Shown piece after piece: positions 35,274 through 48,454 of a stretch of DNA of 64,000 nt (its first letter is position 1; every line of letters begins with the position of its first letter). The DNA comes from Callorhinchus milii (Eukaryota). The DNA is taken from assembly GCF_018977255.1 (NCBI RefSeq), contig NW_024704743.1:97464001-97528000 (forward strand), read 5' to 3'. A program made the position numbers and the translations under genes. The notes beneath the pieces are model-generated. The model was given only the letters and a program-made list of their open reading frames with translations. It ran no database searches and had not been told where the DNA came from.

Positions 35274-35928
35274 GTTAAAGTTCCAATGGCACAACAAGAA
35301 AATAGAAGTGAGTTTCCTCTGGTGTGCTGGCAGGACAATCCTCTGGATAAATTGGTTATTCACTTTATGTTTGTGAGACATGCTGAGCGCAAATTGGCTG
35401 CTTTGTTCACCTACAAATGCACAGTCACTACACTTGACAGCAATTTGCTGTGAAGCACTTTGAGACATTATGGGTACTAGATCAATGTAAGGGTTCATAT
35501 TTAGCTGGCTAGATAGTATTCCACTGTCCAGGCATGTCTGCTAGAAGGTGTATGTGTGTATTGGGTAAAGACAGGATTGGCTTGGTTGTGGTAGTCAATT
35601 GGCAGTGAGTTTGACTCTCTCCCTGCCCTGTGCCCCTGTCCACACTCACAATGATTGGTCCGAAGCTGTCTTTGGGAGCTATTGGGCTTTGCTGAATTGG
35701 AAACAGTGGCAATGGTGTGCTGCCCGGTTCAAGGGATATTGCCTTAAATTACAAAAATTTACGTTAAAGTTCCAATGGCGCGACAATAAAATAGATGTGA
35801 GTTTCCTCTGGTGTGCTGGCAGGACAATCCTCTGGATTAATTGGTTATTCACTTTATGTTTGTGGGACTGCTGAGCGCAAATTGGCTGCTTTGTTCACCA
35901 ACAAATGCAGTCACTACATTTGACAGCA
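35274..35928 (+). repeat. Local duplication of a 170-bp Deu-SINE piece (35274-35442 and 35763-35928)
   Basis: Both copies share idiosyncratic variants, e.g. GTGAGTTTCCTCTGGTGTGCTGGCAGGACAATCCTCTGGAT. Confidence 0.85.
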
Positions 35929-36006
35929 CTGACAGATTGTGAATATGGACAGTTGGTTCACGAGTTACATGTGTGAACCAACTCTCCATATTCACAATCT
36001 GTCAGT
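35928..36006. repeat. Near-perfect inverted repeat: 34-bp arms, 11-nt loop
   Basis: ACTGACAGATTGTGAATATGGACAGTTGGTTCAC-GAGTTACATGT-GTGAACCAACTCTCCATATTCACAATCTGTCAGT, one mismatch. Confidence 0.95.
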
Positions 36007-37654
36007 CAGCAAGTCCAGTGGGGGCAGTACACGATTCAGGTCAAGCTCCAGATCCAATGATTGTAATGGAGTCAGGAGGTGGGGTGACTGACATCCATGC
36101 TCAGTAGTGGACTGACTCACTGAAAGGGCTCAGGATTGTCAACTAAAGTAGGTGCAGCAATTCGTGAAGGGCACCATTGTGGGGGCCCCAAATCATGGGG
36201 CACGAATTTGGCATAAAATCCCCGCCTGTTTAGAAACTTTGGTCAGAGCTGTAAATGAGCCCCTCTTGTTTCACACGATATTGCACTTCTCGGGACAGAA
36301 TAAAATGACTGTTTACAGGCTCAGTGGAACACCGAGACAAAGTACAGTTTCTGCATGTTTCTAGAATGTTACTGAGATTAAAAAATATTATTCCAATAAA
36401 GAACTGCTTGGCATTTGGGTTTTAATTTTTGCTATGAAAGAACACTCGCTTCTGCCAGAAGACAGGGTTAGTATTTTAGCTGCGTTGAAAATTATCTCTT
36501 GTGGATAATTCAATTCTAGTTTACTAATGAGCAAATTTTAAAACCAACTGATTGAATCCCTATTGACTTGCATCGATAAAAATTGATGCTTGTATGTTAT
36601 CTGTGTGAGTTTCATCCCTGATTTCTGCATTAATTTCAGATGCGCCAGGATGAGAGGCCACAAGTTCAGAGTTGCAAAGGGTAATTTTAGCACAGGTAGC
36701 AGGAAGTATTTCCTGAAATACCGGTCCGAAACACTGACTGTTGAGCACCTTGGGATGTCCTCCCGACAAAAAAGGTGCTATGTGAATGTAATTTTGTTGT
36801 TGTGGGCAATCAACAGATGGAATAAGTTATCAAGAAGGGTTTTTTAAAATGATATTGGAGTCATTTGACAACCAGCATGATGCTCTAATGGGAAAGTGGT
36901 GGGTGGATATTCTGGAAGGATGAAATCAAATAGGCTAAAGGGTCCTCTTCATTTGAAATTTTCATGTGTTCTGATAGTGGTTTATTTGAGGAGTTTGTTA
37001 AGTTTCAGATGACGAGTGCTATAAGGAAACTTTGAATGTTCAACAGTTCAATTAAGAATATTTCATCCTCTAAATATTTGCACATGGTTAGCATACTTGC
37101 TGAGCTTTTCTCTTTTGTTATGAATCAGATATGTTATATGTGGCTGATGGGATAACCTTTCTCAGATCTGCCAGCTAGCCTGGCTCATCAGCAGCACTTG
37201 GAAGGGCAGACTAGTCACTGGGGTAAGGGGCTTTTCCCACCCAGCTCCAGTTAACCATGCAAGCCAAAGCCCTAAAGGGTAGGGTGATCCTTGCTGGACA
37301 AACAGTGGGAAAATGTTTCCCACAATGTTTCAATGGCAAACTATGCGGTTTAGCTGGTTAGATTCCAGCAGCACTTCAACGCACACCCTTGGGTCCCTAG
37401 GGCTTGGCTCTCGACAAACTGCACATAATACTTTCCTGAATTAGGTAAGCAGGATGCATCCATGCGTTCCATTCCAATTAACATTTCGGGAATTTCCATG
37501 TATAGGTGGGATGCATGGCATTCTCAGTTTGGTTTGGTTACTCTTTAAGCATGGTGATAATTTTCTGTATGTGTCAGACACCCGGCTGACCAAAACAAAT
37601 GATCACATGCAGGCTGCCTTTATATCTTTTTTTACCCATAAGGATAACTGTGTG

Positions 37655-38317
37655 TCAGCGTAGCTCAGTGGTAGCCTTAGAGTCATAAATTGTGGGTTCA
37701 AGCCCATGTCGGGACTTGAAATCACATAGTCTAAGCTGCCACTCCAATGCAGTGCTAGAGGAGCCACCCTTTGGATGAGACACTAAACGGAGGTCCTGTC
37801 TGTCTGTTCAGATAAACGTTAAAGATTCCATGGCACTATTTGGAAAGACAAGTGAGTTTCTCCCAGTGTTCAGGCCAATAATCCACCAAATCAAATTGGT
37901 CACTCAATCTATGGCTCTGGAACTCTATCCCCCAGTGCCTTCGCCTTGCTTCCTCCCTTTCCTCCTTCAAGGCCGGTCTCAAGACCTTTCTCATTGACCG
38001 TGCCTTCAGCTCCCCTCTCGACTCTCTACCCCCTCCTCGCTCCCGCCCTTCCCTCCCCTCACCCTGACTATTTCCCCCTTGCTCAGGTCCTGACCCAACT
38101 GTACAGCGCCTTGGGACGTCCTCCCGACGTGAAAGGCGCTCAATAAATGGAATCTTGTTGTTGTTGTTGTTTGTGGGACATTGCTGTTCGCAATTCCCTG
38201 CTGTGTTTCACCCACAAAATACAGTCAAATCCACTTTACCATATATCCTATGAAGCACTTTGAGATGTTGCGATGATGACATAAGGTGCAATATCAAATG
38301 CAAGGATTATTATTATC
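37655..38317 (+). mobile_element. Deu-domain SINE split by a young L2 3' fragment (37914-38170)
   Basis: GTAGCTCAGTGGTAGC head, Deu core, then L2 (CTCTGGAACTCTATCCCCCAG...(TTG)n), then the SINE body resumes at TGTTTGTGGGACA. Confidence 0.85.
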
Positions 38318-38904
38318 ATTCAAGATTCATTTTTCCCTCTCTCATTCTGATATGGCAGATAGCAATTTGGAGAACTAGTTCTCCACATCTGGAGAACTAT
38401 TCAGAGTGAGACTGCGCCTTTTGACCTTACTAGGTTTTACTGCTGATGGTAGCTACAAGCAGCAACATTCTAATTCTCCTCCATCTGCCAAATGCTGGTA
38501 CAACTGGAGTATGAACTGGATTGATTGACAGTATGTTGATCTCTTACCTTATTTCCCCTCAAGTGTTATTACTAGAAGTGGAGAGAAGGCCAGTTGCACA
38601 CCAATCTCATCGATTGTGGAATTCATTGCACGTATCACAACATACCTCTTTGACTGCTCTTCCGTTCATCTTTCTGCTGCACACCCACCCCCCCACCCCA
38701 ACCCCATTGCTCATGCAACACCATCCAGCACTTTGAGATATACCCCTGACATGAAAAGAGTATTAAAGTGTATTGCATTCTTGTGTGCCACTCAGAACTC
38801 TTGCCAGGGTTCCTGTAAATCATGGTAAGTCACTCCATACAAGTGTTCCAATGGTGGCTGGAAGAGAACAAAATTGAAAAATAATTAAATATCAAACAAA
38901 AGAA

Positions 38905-39405
38905 TGGAGAGCCTGCTCATCTCTGCTCATCGGCTTCCCTTACTCCTCCTTCCACAGGCTGCAGATTATCCAGAACTCTGCAACCCATGTCCTCTCCCGC
39001 ACCAAGCTCCGCAAACCTATCACCCCCATCCTCGGCTGGCTCCATTGGCTTCCCATCACTCAAAGGATGCAGTTCAAGTTCCTGGTTCTCACCTTCAAAA
39101 CCCTCCATGGCTTTGCCCCTCCTACTTCTGTGACCTCCTAACCCCCTACCAACCTGTCCACGCTCTCTGGGCTCCACCTGCTCTACGCCCCCACCCTGCT
39201 CTCCCCACCATTGCTGGGTGGGCCTTCAGCCTCTCTGCCCCGACCCTCTGGAACTCCATCCCACAGTCCCTCCACCTCACCTTTCACATAGTTAAATGTC
39301 TCAAAGTGTTTCACAGAAATGGAGTGGGAACCTGGGTAGGAGATAACGCTGAGACGCCGTCCGGCGTGGAGGGTGCTATATAAATCCTTGTTGTAGTTGT
39401 AGTTG
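38905..39405 (+). mobile_element. L2 3' fragment(s)
   Basis: CTGCAGATTATCCAGAACTCTGCA (LQIIQNSA), CTCCATTGGCTTCCC (LHWLP), WAFSLSAPTLWNSIP. Confidence 0.85.
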
Positions 39406-39419
39406 TTCTTATAAGTGGG

Positions 39420-39722
39420 TAAGAGCTAGATGAGAGGAAATTTTTTAAGAAGGGCTTTGAAAATGGAGAGGGATGGTGTTATGTGGAGGGTAGAGAGTTC
39501 CAGAAAGTGGGGCAAGGTTTCTGAAGACTTACCCACCAATGGTGAGGCACAGGTTGTGGAGCAAGCCTGAGTTGGCAGAACAAAGGGAGTAACAGGAGAA
39601 TAGGACTGCAGGAGAACACAGAGGTGGTGTGGTGGAATTGGAAGGCCAGAAATAGGATCTTATAGTCAATCTCCTGGGGGCTAGGGAGCCAGTGAAGTCT
39701 GTCGAGGACGAGGGTGATGCAC
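39420..39722 (-). mobile_element. Old L2 3' fragment
   Basis: ITLVLDRLHWLPSPQEIDYKIL and PTFWNSLPS in ORF 39479..39805. Confidence 0.8.
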
Positions 39723-41204
39723 AATGCACTGAATGTCTTTACTGTGAACATTGGGCTCATGAGACCTTTAGCAGAATAGATACAGGCATCAAACAAGCAA
39801 AACAATTTGGCCCATCATACCTACTCCTTCCACAGATGACATTCAATATGCTCTTTCAAACAGTGTATCCACTCAGATTGAATTACATAAACATCCTGTG
39901 AAGAGGCACTCCAGAACCTCCAGCTGGATCTGGCCCAGTGGTTGTCAACTGGTCTGAGCACAGCTTTTGGCAATGTGATAATTATCACATCATGAGTTGC
40001 ATTTGTCATCTCAAAGGCTTCTTAAGAAAGGTACTGAAAATGTTCTTCCTCCCTCTCAAAGGTAAATCAGCAGAGAGGAAGAGTGTGAGGCAGAGGAGTC
40101 CAGAGAGTAGGGCAAAGTGGTTGAAAGATCGCTAACTGAGGTGGCATGGAATGGCTGGGTGCCATGAAGCAGAGCTGGTTTGGTGGAGCGAAGGGAGAGG
40201 GCAGGGAAGCAGGAGTGCAATGGTTGTCTTCCTGTGTTAAAGTACAGTTGGCCCTTGTTATAGTGTAGTTGGCCTCCTTGGGAGTCAGTTGCTTTTGGTT
40301 ATGTACAGGAAGGTAGATAGGAGCAATAACAAGCCTGTCATTTAATCAAGAGTTTCAAGTAACATCATAAACCATGAGAGTAGATCTAAAGACTTACGGA
40401 TGCCATCAGAATCCTCGGATTGTATTTACCAATATTGGGCTGAATGACCTTGAGAGTGTCTCCCGAGGTCAGCAAGGAGGGGTGCTGATTGATAGGGATG
40501 TCTTGCCAAATTTCTAACTGTAATAAATGTGGCGTATCAATTCAAACAGGGCATTGTTTGTGCTGTTCTCAAATAGTGTGATCCATCAGGAGAATGAAGT
40601 CACTCTAACACACAGCAGGGAGTGGCTGTCATACTGCCACTACCACGGTAGCACTGCCACACACGGCTCCAAATTGTGCCCAATCTCATTCTGTAAGATC
40701 ACATTCTTCAAACATAAGATGGAGCAGCAACGCAAAAAATTCCTAAACGTAGTCTTGATATGGAAATCGGTTCTTTTTAAGAACTGCAAGACAATGTTAA
40801 GACTGAATGTAATAATTTTCCACAATTCTGCATAATCTTAAATTTTAAGAGAGTAATTATCTGATAGTCTAAGCCTGGGAATTTTAGGTTGCTGGTTAAT
40901 ACAAGGACAAGTTGAGGAACTTATTGAGCATATTAGAAAATGACAAGCCTTGTGTACATTATAAAAGGCTGTTCAGGGGAGAAGATTGATAATTTTCCCT
41001 GAATTCTTAAATATAGTATTCTCAATAAAGGACCTCAGAGTTCTGGCACATGATGTAAATGAATGATGCATTTATATATATGTGTATATTGGGTATGAGA
41101 TTGTGCGTATGATATAAGTGCCTGATAGTAGTCTTCGTGGTGTCATTTTAAACTATTCTTTTGCAGTGTTCTGCATGAAAGCTTATGGTCAGACTTCATT
41201 GAAG

Positions 41205-41600
41205 GCTCAGTGAGTTTATTCAGTGAGTCTCTGAGCAACAGAAGGTCGAGGTTTGATCCCTGGTCTATTCTGAGTTATCTGATCTCTGGCAGGGGCACCA
41301 CGAGGAGATACATCAATAGGGCTCATTGAATCTCTGATTTACTGAGAGGAAAATAGGCCAAGGATTCCTCTCATGATTGCAATCCAGCGATTCTACTATT
41401 GTGGACGCCAGGTAAGACATCCACAAAACGTTAGCAAGGTAAGAACTTGCCCCTACAGCTGCCAACACTATTGTCAAGCCTCATACATAAATATTGAGTG
41501 ACAACTTGAGTGAGGTACCAAAAGGGTACTGCCCACTGACAAAGCCATACCCCCATTTAAAAGAAAGTCAAAAACTTCATCAGGTGAAAGCATGGGAGAA
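41205..41600 (+). mobile_element. Ancient LmeSINE1-like SINE
   Basis: GAAGGTCGAGGTTTGATCCCTGGTCT..CTGAGTTATCTGATCTC...GCCAAGG...ATCCAGCGA...CTTGAGTGAGGTACC. Confidence 0.6.
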
Positions 41601-42721
41601 CCCAGCCTCCCGTCATTGCTAATCTCCATTGAGTTTATTGATCAGAATTACATTTGTGTGTTTTTAATGAATGGTAAAACGATAAACCACAGCAGGAAAT
41701 GTTTGCCTCTGGTGCTTGTATGGGCTTAGTAAGTGAAAACCTCATTTACTCAGAAATGTGTGTAAATGCCTGTGTGAATAGCACATTTCTGTGCTACATT
41801 CTGATCTGTGTTTACCTCATATACACATCTCTATATATATTTACACAGAATAATTAAAGATGACTATTGCTTACTCCCCACTCCCTTTGCTCCACAGTTG
41901 GTGACTGAGGCTTCAGCCACCATGCTCTCTGCCACTCTCTTTCAAAATCCTTCTCCCATGCCTTCAAAATATACATCTTCAACCATGGCATAACCAAGGC
42001 ATAAAGCGCCTTTCAACTCAGGACCACGTCTCAAAGCAATTCATAGGATTAACTGGAAAGTGTGTATTTGTGGGCGAGCGCAGCAGCTCAATTACATTTA
42101 GCAACAACAACTACTTGCATTTATATTGTGCCCTTCACATGAGGCAGTATCTCGGAGCGCTTACAGCAACGTCCCACAAACAGCCATGAAGCGAATGACA
42201 AATTTTATCTGTGGGAATGTTGGCTCGGACACCAGGAGAACCTTGCTTCTCTTTTCGAATAGTGCCACGGGATCAACAAAGTGAAGGTTCTATATCATTC
42301 TAAGGATAATTATTACAACTTCATAGGTAGTGCCAGTTAAGCATTGTTTTCTGTTCCATTGGCCTGCATGTAACTTCGCCAGTCACTTCGCCAGTGCTTT
42401 CAGTGTGAAAGAAAATAGTTGTTTTCAAATCTTTCTTGAACCACTGGATGTATAGCACCTGCAGTGTTTTGGAGAATTATTTTAAAAAGTCACTGTTATT
42501 TCCTCAGTTCCCCTAGTTCTGCAATGATGATCTGTAAAATCATGATGTGTGTAAAGGCGAAGGGGAGTGAAAAAGTGAGAACAAACACAGTTAGCCAGTT
42601 TCTGAATGTAGGGTGTGAAAACAAGCAAGAAATAGCCTGCTGTAAACTAGGCTTGAGGGAAGCAAGCTGAGCATGTAACCCTATTCAAATGTCAAATGTC
42701 TTGAGGTATGTATGAATAATT

Positions 42722-43247
42722 ACTAGATTACAGTTCTGGTCGCTGCAGTACAAAAAGGATATTGGAGAAATTGAGAAGGTACAGAGGAGGATAACCAGAA
42801 TGATTGAGGGAATGGAGGGCCTGGACTATGAGGAGCGACTAAGTAAATTGGGCATGTTCACACTAGAAAAAAGAAGATTGAGAGGCATCATGATTGTGTC
42901 TTTAAGATGCTAAAGGGACAAAACAATATAGATCATGACAGGCTGTTTCAACTTGTCCAGAATAATAAAACCAGAGGACATGGCCTGCGATTGAAGTGGG
43001 CTAAATTCTACGCAATGTTACGCAAACACTATTTCAGCGAGCGAATAGTGAACCTGTAGAACAAGCTCCCTAGGGAGACAGCTGAAGCAGGAATTGTTGA
43101 TTCTTTCAAACACAGATTAGATAGTTTTCTTTTATGAAATAACATTATGGGATATAGTACATAGGGAGTTTGGAACATGTGCATGAGACCACCAGGAAGG
43201 TGAAAGGCGAACTAGATGGTCTTTTTTTGTCTAGTATTTCTTATGTT
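42722..43247 (+). mobile_element. CR1 ORF2 C-terminus and 3'UTR
   Basis: QFWS..YKKDI..IEKVQRRITRMIEGMEGLDYEERLSKLGMFTLEKRRLRG; TRGH motif; TTCTTATGTT tail. Confidence 0.9.
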
Positions 43248-43439
43248 TACCTTCCCCAGATCACACAAATCCAATCCCATTCTGAACTCCTTCCCCTCAG
43301 TCATCCGGTGAAAATCTCAATACAAGCATTCCCAAATACAGAAGGTGCTTACATGCCTCTTCTCTAGAACTGGCTGCGTTTTGAAGAGACACTCGCTGCG
43401 AAGTGCGGGTTGGATGTGGGGAGGACGGGAGATAAATAA

Positions 43440-43628
43440 ATAATAAATTCAGTCCATGACTGTTTGTGGGACTGACTGTTTGTGGGACTGCTGTGCACAA
43501 ATGGCTGCCGCGTTTTGCCCACAAAATATACACTTTAGAGTATATTCTGTGAAGCACTTTGAGACATCTCAAAGACGTGATAAGGCACTATATCAAATGC
43601 AAGGATTATTTATTATTATTATTATTAT
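43440..43628 (+). mobile_element. 5'-truncated SINE (older TCAAA-loop variant)
   Basis: Body plus tail GAGACATCTCAAAGACGTGATAAGGCACTATATCAAATGCAAGG(ATT)n. Confidence 0.85.
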
Positions 43629-45374
43629 AACAGTGAGAATGTCTCATATTAACATTGCAAGACAGTGAGCAATTCCATCAGAATTACCGCATTGTACTTA
43701 GTGGAAAGCCAATTGGCAAAAACATTTGCTAAATGTACTTTAATAACGATGCATTCCTTTGATATAGATGATTATCGTTTTTATAGACAGTTTAATGCTG
43801 CTCAAATGGCTTACAGAAGAGTAATAAATGGAGGTTGCAGATTTGGAATTGATAATAAGAGAAACATAGGAATACATTGCCTAGGTTATGCGTCTGAGTT
43901 GCTCACATTTTGTCATAGATAGCATTCCCCACGGATATAACTGCCAATGGGAATGATTAAGGTTAATCTTCTGTTACGTTTTGGCATCTGTGTGTGAGGC
44001 ATTATCTATTATTCACTTTTAACTATTGCCCTGTTATATGTTGTCAGTAGCTCACATAGATCATTGCCAAAAGAGTTGCTTTTTAATTTAAGATGAATCA
44101 GCTTTGTTCACCTCAAAGTTGAATAGCATTTGGTGATGTTCAGTAAGTGAATATCATTTGGTATCTTGTTGCTCCCCAATTTTCTCAGATTACCATCCTC
44201 CTCTCTTTTTGAATACATTTTGACTTATTTCTATTTAGTGTACAGCTCCAAGGCTGTTTTTTTTTTGCCCCAGTGGGTTTATTCATATGTGAGGGTAGAG
44301 AGTGAGTGTCCAGATACACTTGCCGGAAGACATGCAGTAACCATTAACTTGCAGAAACCCTGTTCCGAAGCTCAAGAAGCAGGTCGTGAGGATCCCGCAA
44401 AGTTGCTGTGACGTCCTACCAGTCACTGTCAGTGTTCCCTGATAAGGACCCTGACTCATTATTAGTGAAGCCTGTTGTGAACTGCTGCTCTTTTTTGCCT
44501 CCAATATAAAGATCGCCACATTTACTCAGTCACCTCTGGCATGTAATATCTCTTGTGTTTAGAAGCTGATGATCATTGATTCGCAGCATAGCAAAGTGCA
44601 GGGCACACCTCTCCCTCCCCCCAACCACATACATAATAATAATCCTTACATTTGATATAGTGCCTTTCATGCCAGGAGGAAGTCTCAAAGTGCTTCACAG
44701 GATATACTATAAAACGGAGTGCCTTTTTGTTTTGTGGGCGAACGCGGCAGACAATATGTGCACATGTCGGAAATCCTGACATTCCATTCTACTAACATTC
44801 TAAATGAGTTTGGGAAATGACTTTGGGCGGAAGCGGGCAGATTTGCGGGTGGCTGTTTGACCCCAGGTTGTCTCTGACCCATATATTAAAAGGAATAAAC
44901 ATATATCTCTCTTTGCCATGGGTTTTTCAGATCAACACAAGCTCACTACTGGTATCCATTAAAAACAGCTCCAACAAGTGCGGTGCTTAGTTCTTCTTTA
45001 TTTAAAAAGCAACACAATGAACTTTTTTTGATGCCTTTTGCGCTGATTATTGAAAAATTTAAGAGACTGATTTAGAGGAAACATCAATTTGGAAGCGGTT
45101 TGTTGGTATCTTCCGGTGTTGACTGAACAGTTAGTTTCCTTTCAAATATAATACCCTCTGTCTTTGTCAAAGAATGAAAATATACATCCAGGTGATAAAT
45201 AACTGGATCTCCGATTTTCTCAATGATAAGGCTATGCTTTATTCTCATCTGTACTGCTGCTCCTTACTGTTTGATTGTAGGAATGTAAGCGCTGCTGGTG
45301 ATAAGTGCAAAGGGGTTCCGACTTACATCCCATGAGAAGTATCAGCACCCACTGTGCATTTTTCCTTCCAATGC

Positions 45375-45815
45375 ACAACAACACCAACTTGCATTTATAT
45401 AGCGCTCTCCATGCTGGGCGGTGTCTCAGAGTGCTTAACAATGGCGGAGCCCGAGGCTGAGCCAGGGTGAAGGGGAAGGTGACCATAGGTGCGGTCGAAG
45501 AAGAAGGTCTTCAGCCGCGACCTGAAGATGGGGAAGGAGGGAGTGAGACAAAGGGTTTGAGGAAGGGAGTTCCAAAGTTTCAGGGCATAGTGGCTGAAGG
45601 CACAGCAGCTAATGGGGGAGCGGAGGATTCGGAGGAAACGAGGAGGCCGGACCCAGTAGAGCGGAGGCAGCAGGTACTGCTCTGGGGAGAGAGGAGGTTA
45701 GGGAGATAGGTGAGTACCAAGGAATGGAGGGATTTAAACACGAGTGTGAGGATCTTGAAGTCAATCCGTTCTGTGACAGTCAGCCAGTGGAGTTTGGCAA
45801 GGACTGGAGTAATCA
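45375..45815 (-). mobile_element. L2 3' fragment (second subfamily)
   Basis: ITPVLAKLHWLTVTERIDFKILTLVFKSLH...LRSTGSGLL; L2 tail at 45375-45440. Confidence 0.85.
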
Positions 45816-46794
45816 GGTACGAAGTTTGGTGCAAGTGAGAATGCGGGTGGCGGAATTTTGAATGAACACAGTCCACAGAGTACGAAGAGTAGCTGCTGAT
45901 CAGGCTGATAGGAAACAAACCACCTATGTTATTCAGCCAATAACCTGTAAATATATGTCATGGTTACCAAACAAAGTGAAAGTTTAATCATTTCCCCAAT
46001 TATTTATTGAACAGGAAGGAGATGATTTTAAGCCAATATCCAGTGAACCAGTGTTAAATGTTGTAACTGTGATGGCTGTAACTGTAACCATGCTTCCCAC
46101 TAGCTAAAAAAGACGACATAGTTTGATTCTTCAGCTGATGAAACCATTGTCCTAAATTTGGGGGCAGGGGAAGCGTCTTCATTCCCGAACTTGTATCAAG
46201 GACCGCATTTCAGGATAGATTTTAAACGCATTTGTTTGATGTGGTAATTATTACCGATGTTACCACCAGTGGTAAAAATCATGTCATATATTACAGCTTT
46301 CAATAATAATTTTTAAAAATTGTTTTCAGTATTTTAAGAATCTGACACGAGACATTCAGAAATATTTTAATTGTTTACAAAATAATGAATGTTAAATATA
46401 TGCAGTCTTTCGCCTGATAAGGAAATAGTAATAAAAGAGGATAAACTGCGGATCATCACCAGAAAAATGGAAACTATCCAAACTATGGAATGCCTTTACA
46501 AGAAATGGCTTTTTGGGCTATGTCCATCCCCACATTTAAATGGAATTGGAAAAAGACTTGTAAACAATATTAAAGGGTATGTGGAAGAGCAGACTCAATA
46601 GATTAGAGTAGACAGCTGCAAAAACAATAATTTATACTTATATAATGCCTTTCACATTGAGAACATGTCTCAAAGCCCTTTACAAAGTCTGAGTGGGAGC
46701 CCAAGCTAGGAAGGAATGAATGATCCCTTCGGATCTCTGAGTTGTTTGGATCTGGGATGCATTGCTGAAAGGATAGCGGAAGCCAATTCGATAA

Positions 46795-46951
46795 GAGAGA
46801 AGTAGGTAATTATTTGGGGAGGACAAGTTTCCAGGGCTATGGGGAGAGCGCGGGGCAGTGGGGTTGATTTGGATAGCTCTTTTCAAACAACCGGCACAGA
46901 CACAATTGGCCGAATGGCCTCCTTCTGTGCCATATGATTCTATGATTCTAT
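46795..46951 (+). mobile_element. CR1 3'UTR
   Basis: CAGGGCTATGGGGAGAG...GGCCGAATGGCCTCCTTCTGTGC followed by (ATTCTATG)n. Confidence 0.85.
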
Positions 46952-48454
46952 GAATGAAGGCTGGGGGAGTAAAGGTGGTCAAACGTACAATAATAGATAT
47001 GATGAACCATAATAGATGTGATGGGCCAAATGGGTTTCTCCATGCTGTAAACTTTCAATAATTCAATGTGCACAGTCTTTGTTGCAGTAAATGGAGTTTG
47101 TTAAGTCACCTAAATCTTTACAGTCTCCACTTTTACATCTTTATGCTTAATACCATACAAATTTACTTAATATTTATATTCAGCACATTTCACATTGGGA
47201 GCAACATAAAGGCCCATGTACTGCAGACACGTGACTATGTGATGGAAGGAGAGAGTCAGACATGACCTTACACCATTGACTTTTCTTTGAGGAACAGTCC
47301 ATTTGTGACAAGATATATTGGGCGGTAAATCAGACCCATATTTTCAGATGTAGTTTTAATGGATTATCGACAGAACAGGAGTTGAGCAATGCAGTGATGC
47401 ATTATGTGTTGGTTAAGGAAGTCGTGCATCAGTGCTTCAGGTGACCTACATTCTCTCTCTGGTTCATTTTATAGTCACTTCTCTACTTCTAAGATCAAGG
47501 TTTAAAGTATTTGCAAAGTGTATTTAGAATTGGTATTGACCTGGAAAGTGATTTGGGAACCAGTTAAGTTAGGTTAGGTGCATTGCTGTGAGTTCAACAA
47601 TCTTTTTTATTTCTCTCCCAAGTTCCTTCTCCTACCAGCTCTCCTGTGTACTTGGATACAGTTTCATAGGTGTGGGCAGCCTTCTGGTACCTCAACCAGT
47701 GGCCATCCTTGTTGTGTGAAGTCTAGTTGGTGGAGTTGCAAAAGTAGTTGACTGGAAAATACTAGTGTAAATGGGGCAAAGATGTGTAGCACCATGGATG
47801 TAAAGTGTGTCTCCCCCAGGGAACCCCATGTACATCACCCTGACTGGCAAATATTTAGCTCCAATCTGTGATATCCTTGGAGACAAGTTATTGTGTTTGA
47901 TTACTTAACATGGGGTTCCCTGCAGCAGATGCACTTTACGTCCTGAGTTATTTTTTCTGGTACAGCCATCATTCACACTGTTGCTTTCTTAGAAAGTACG
48001 TTTTCAGCCCTAGTGAATGCCAGTAGGATATTTGACTGTGAGGATCACACTACCGAGTTCAATCTTGTCCCCTGATATCCACCTAAATTCCTTTTCTAAA
48101 ATGGGTCAATGGATGAGGTCAGGAGCCAGAACCTAGGTTGTTTTTTCCTTTTAGGTGGCAGTGCATTAATCAAGTGAGGAGAAGAATCAACCAGGGTGGC
48201 AGTTGCTTGACATATTGCTTCCCAAATATATAGTTTGGGCCACATCATGTCAAGCGACTGCCAGGATGGTGGAAGGCAAACTAGATGGACCTTGGTTTTC
48301 TTTCACCTACCAAATTTTTATGTTCTTATGGCTATCCAGTGTTCTCTGCAGGTTTATATCGGCAAGATGGATATCGAGAGAGGATAGCATTCAGTTCCAC
48401 TGAGGCAGCTGACATGATTGAATGACCTGCTGACAAACACTGCTTAGGCAGTGT

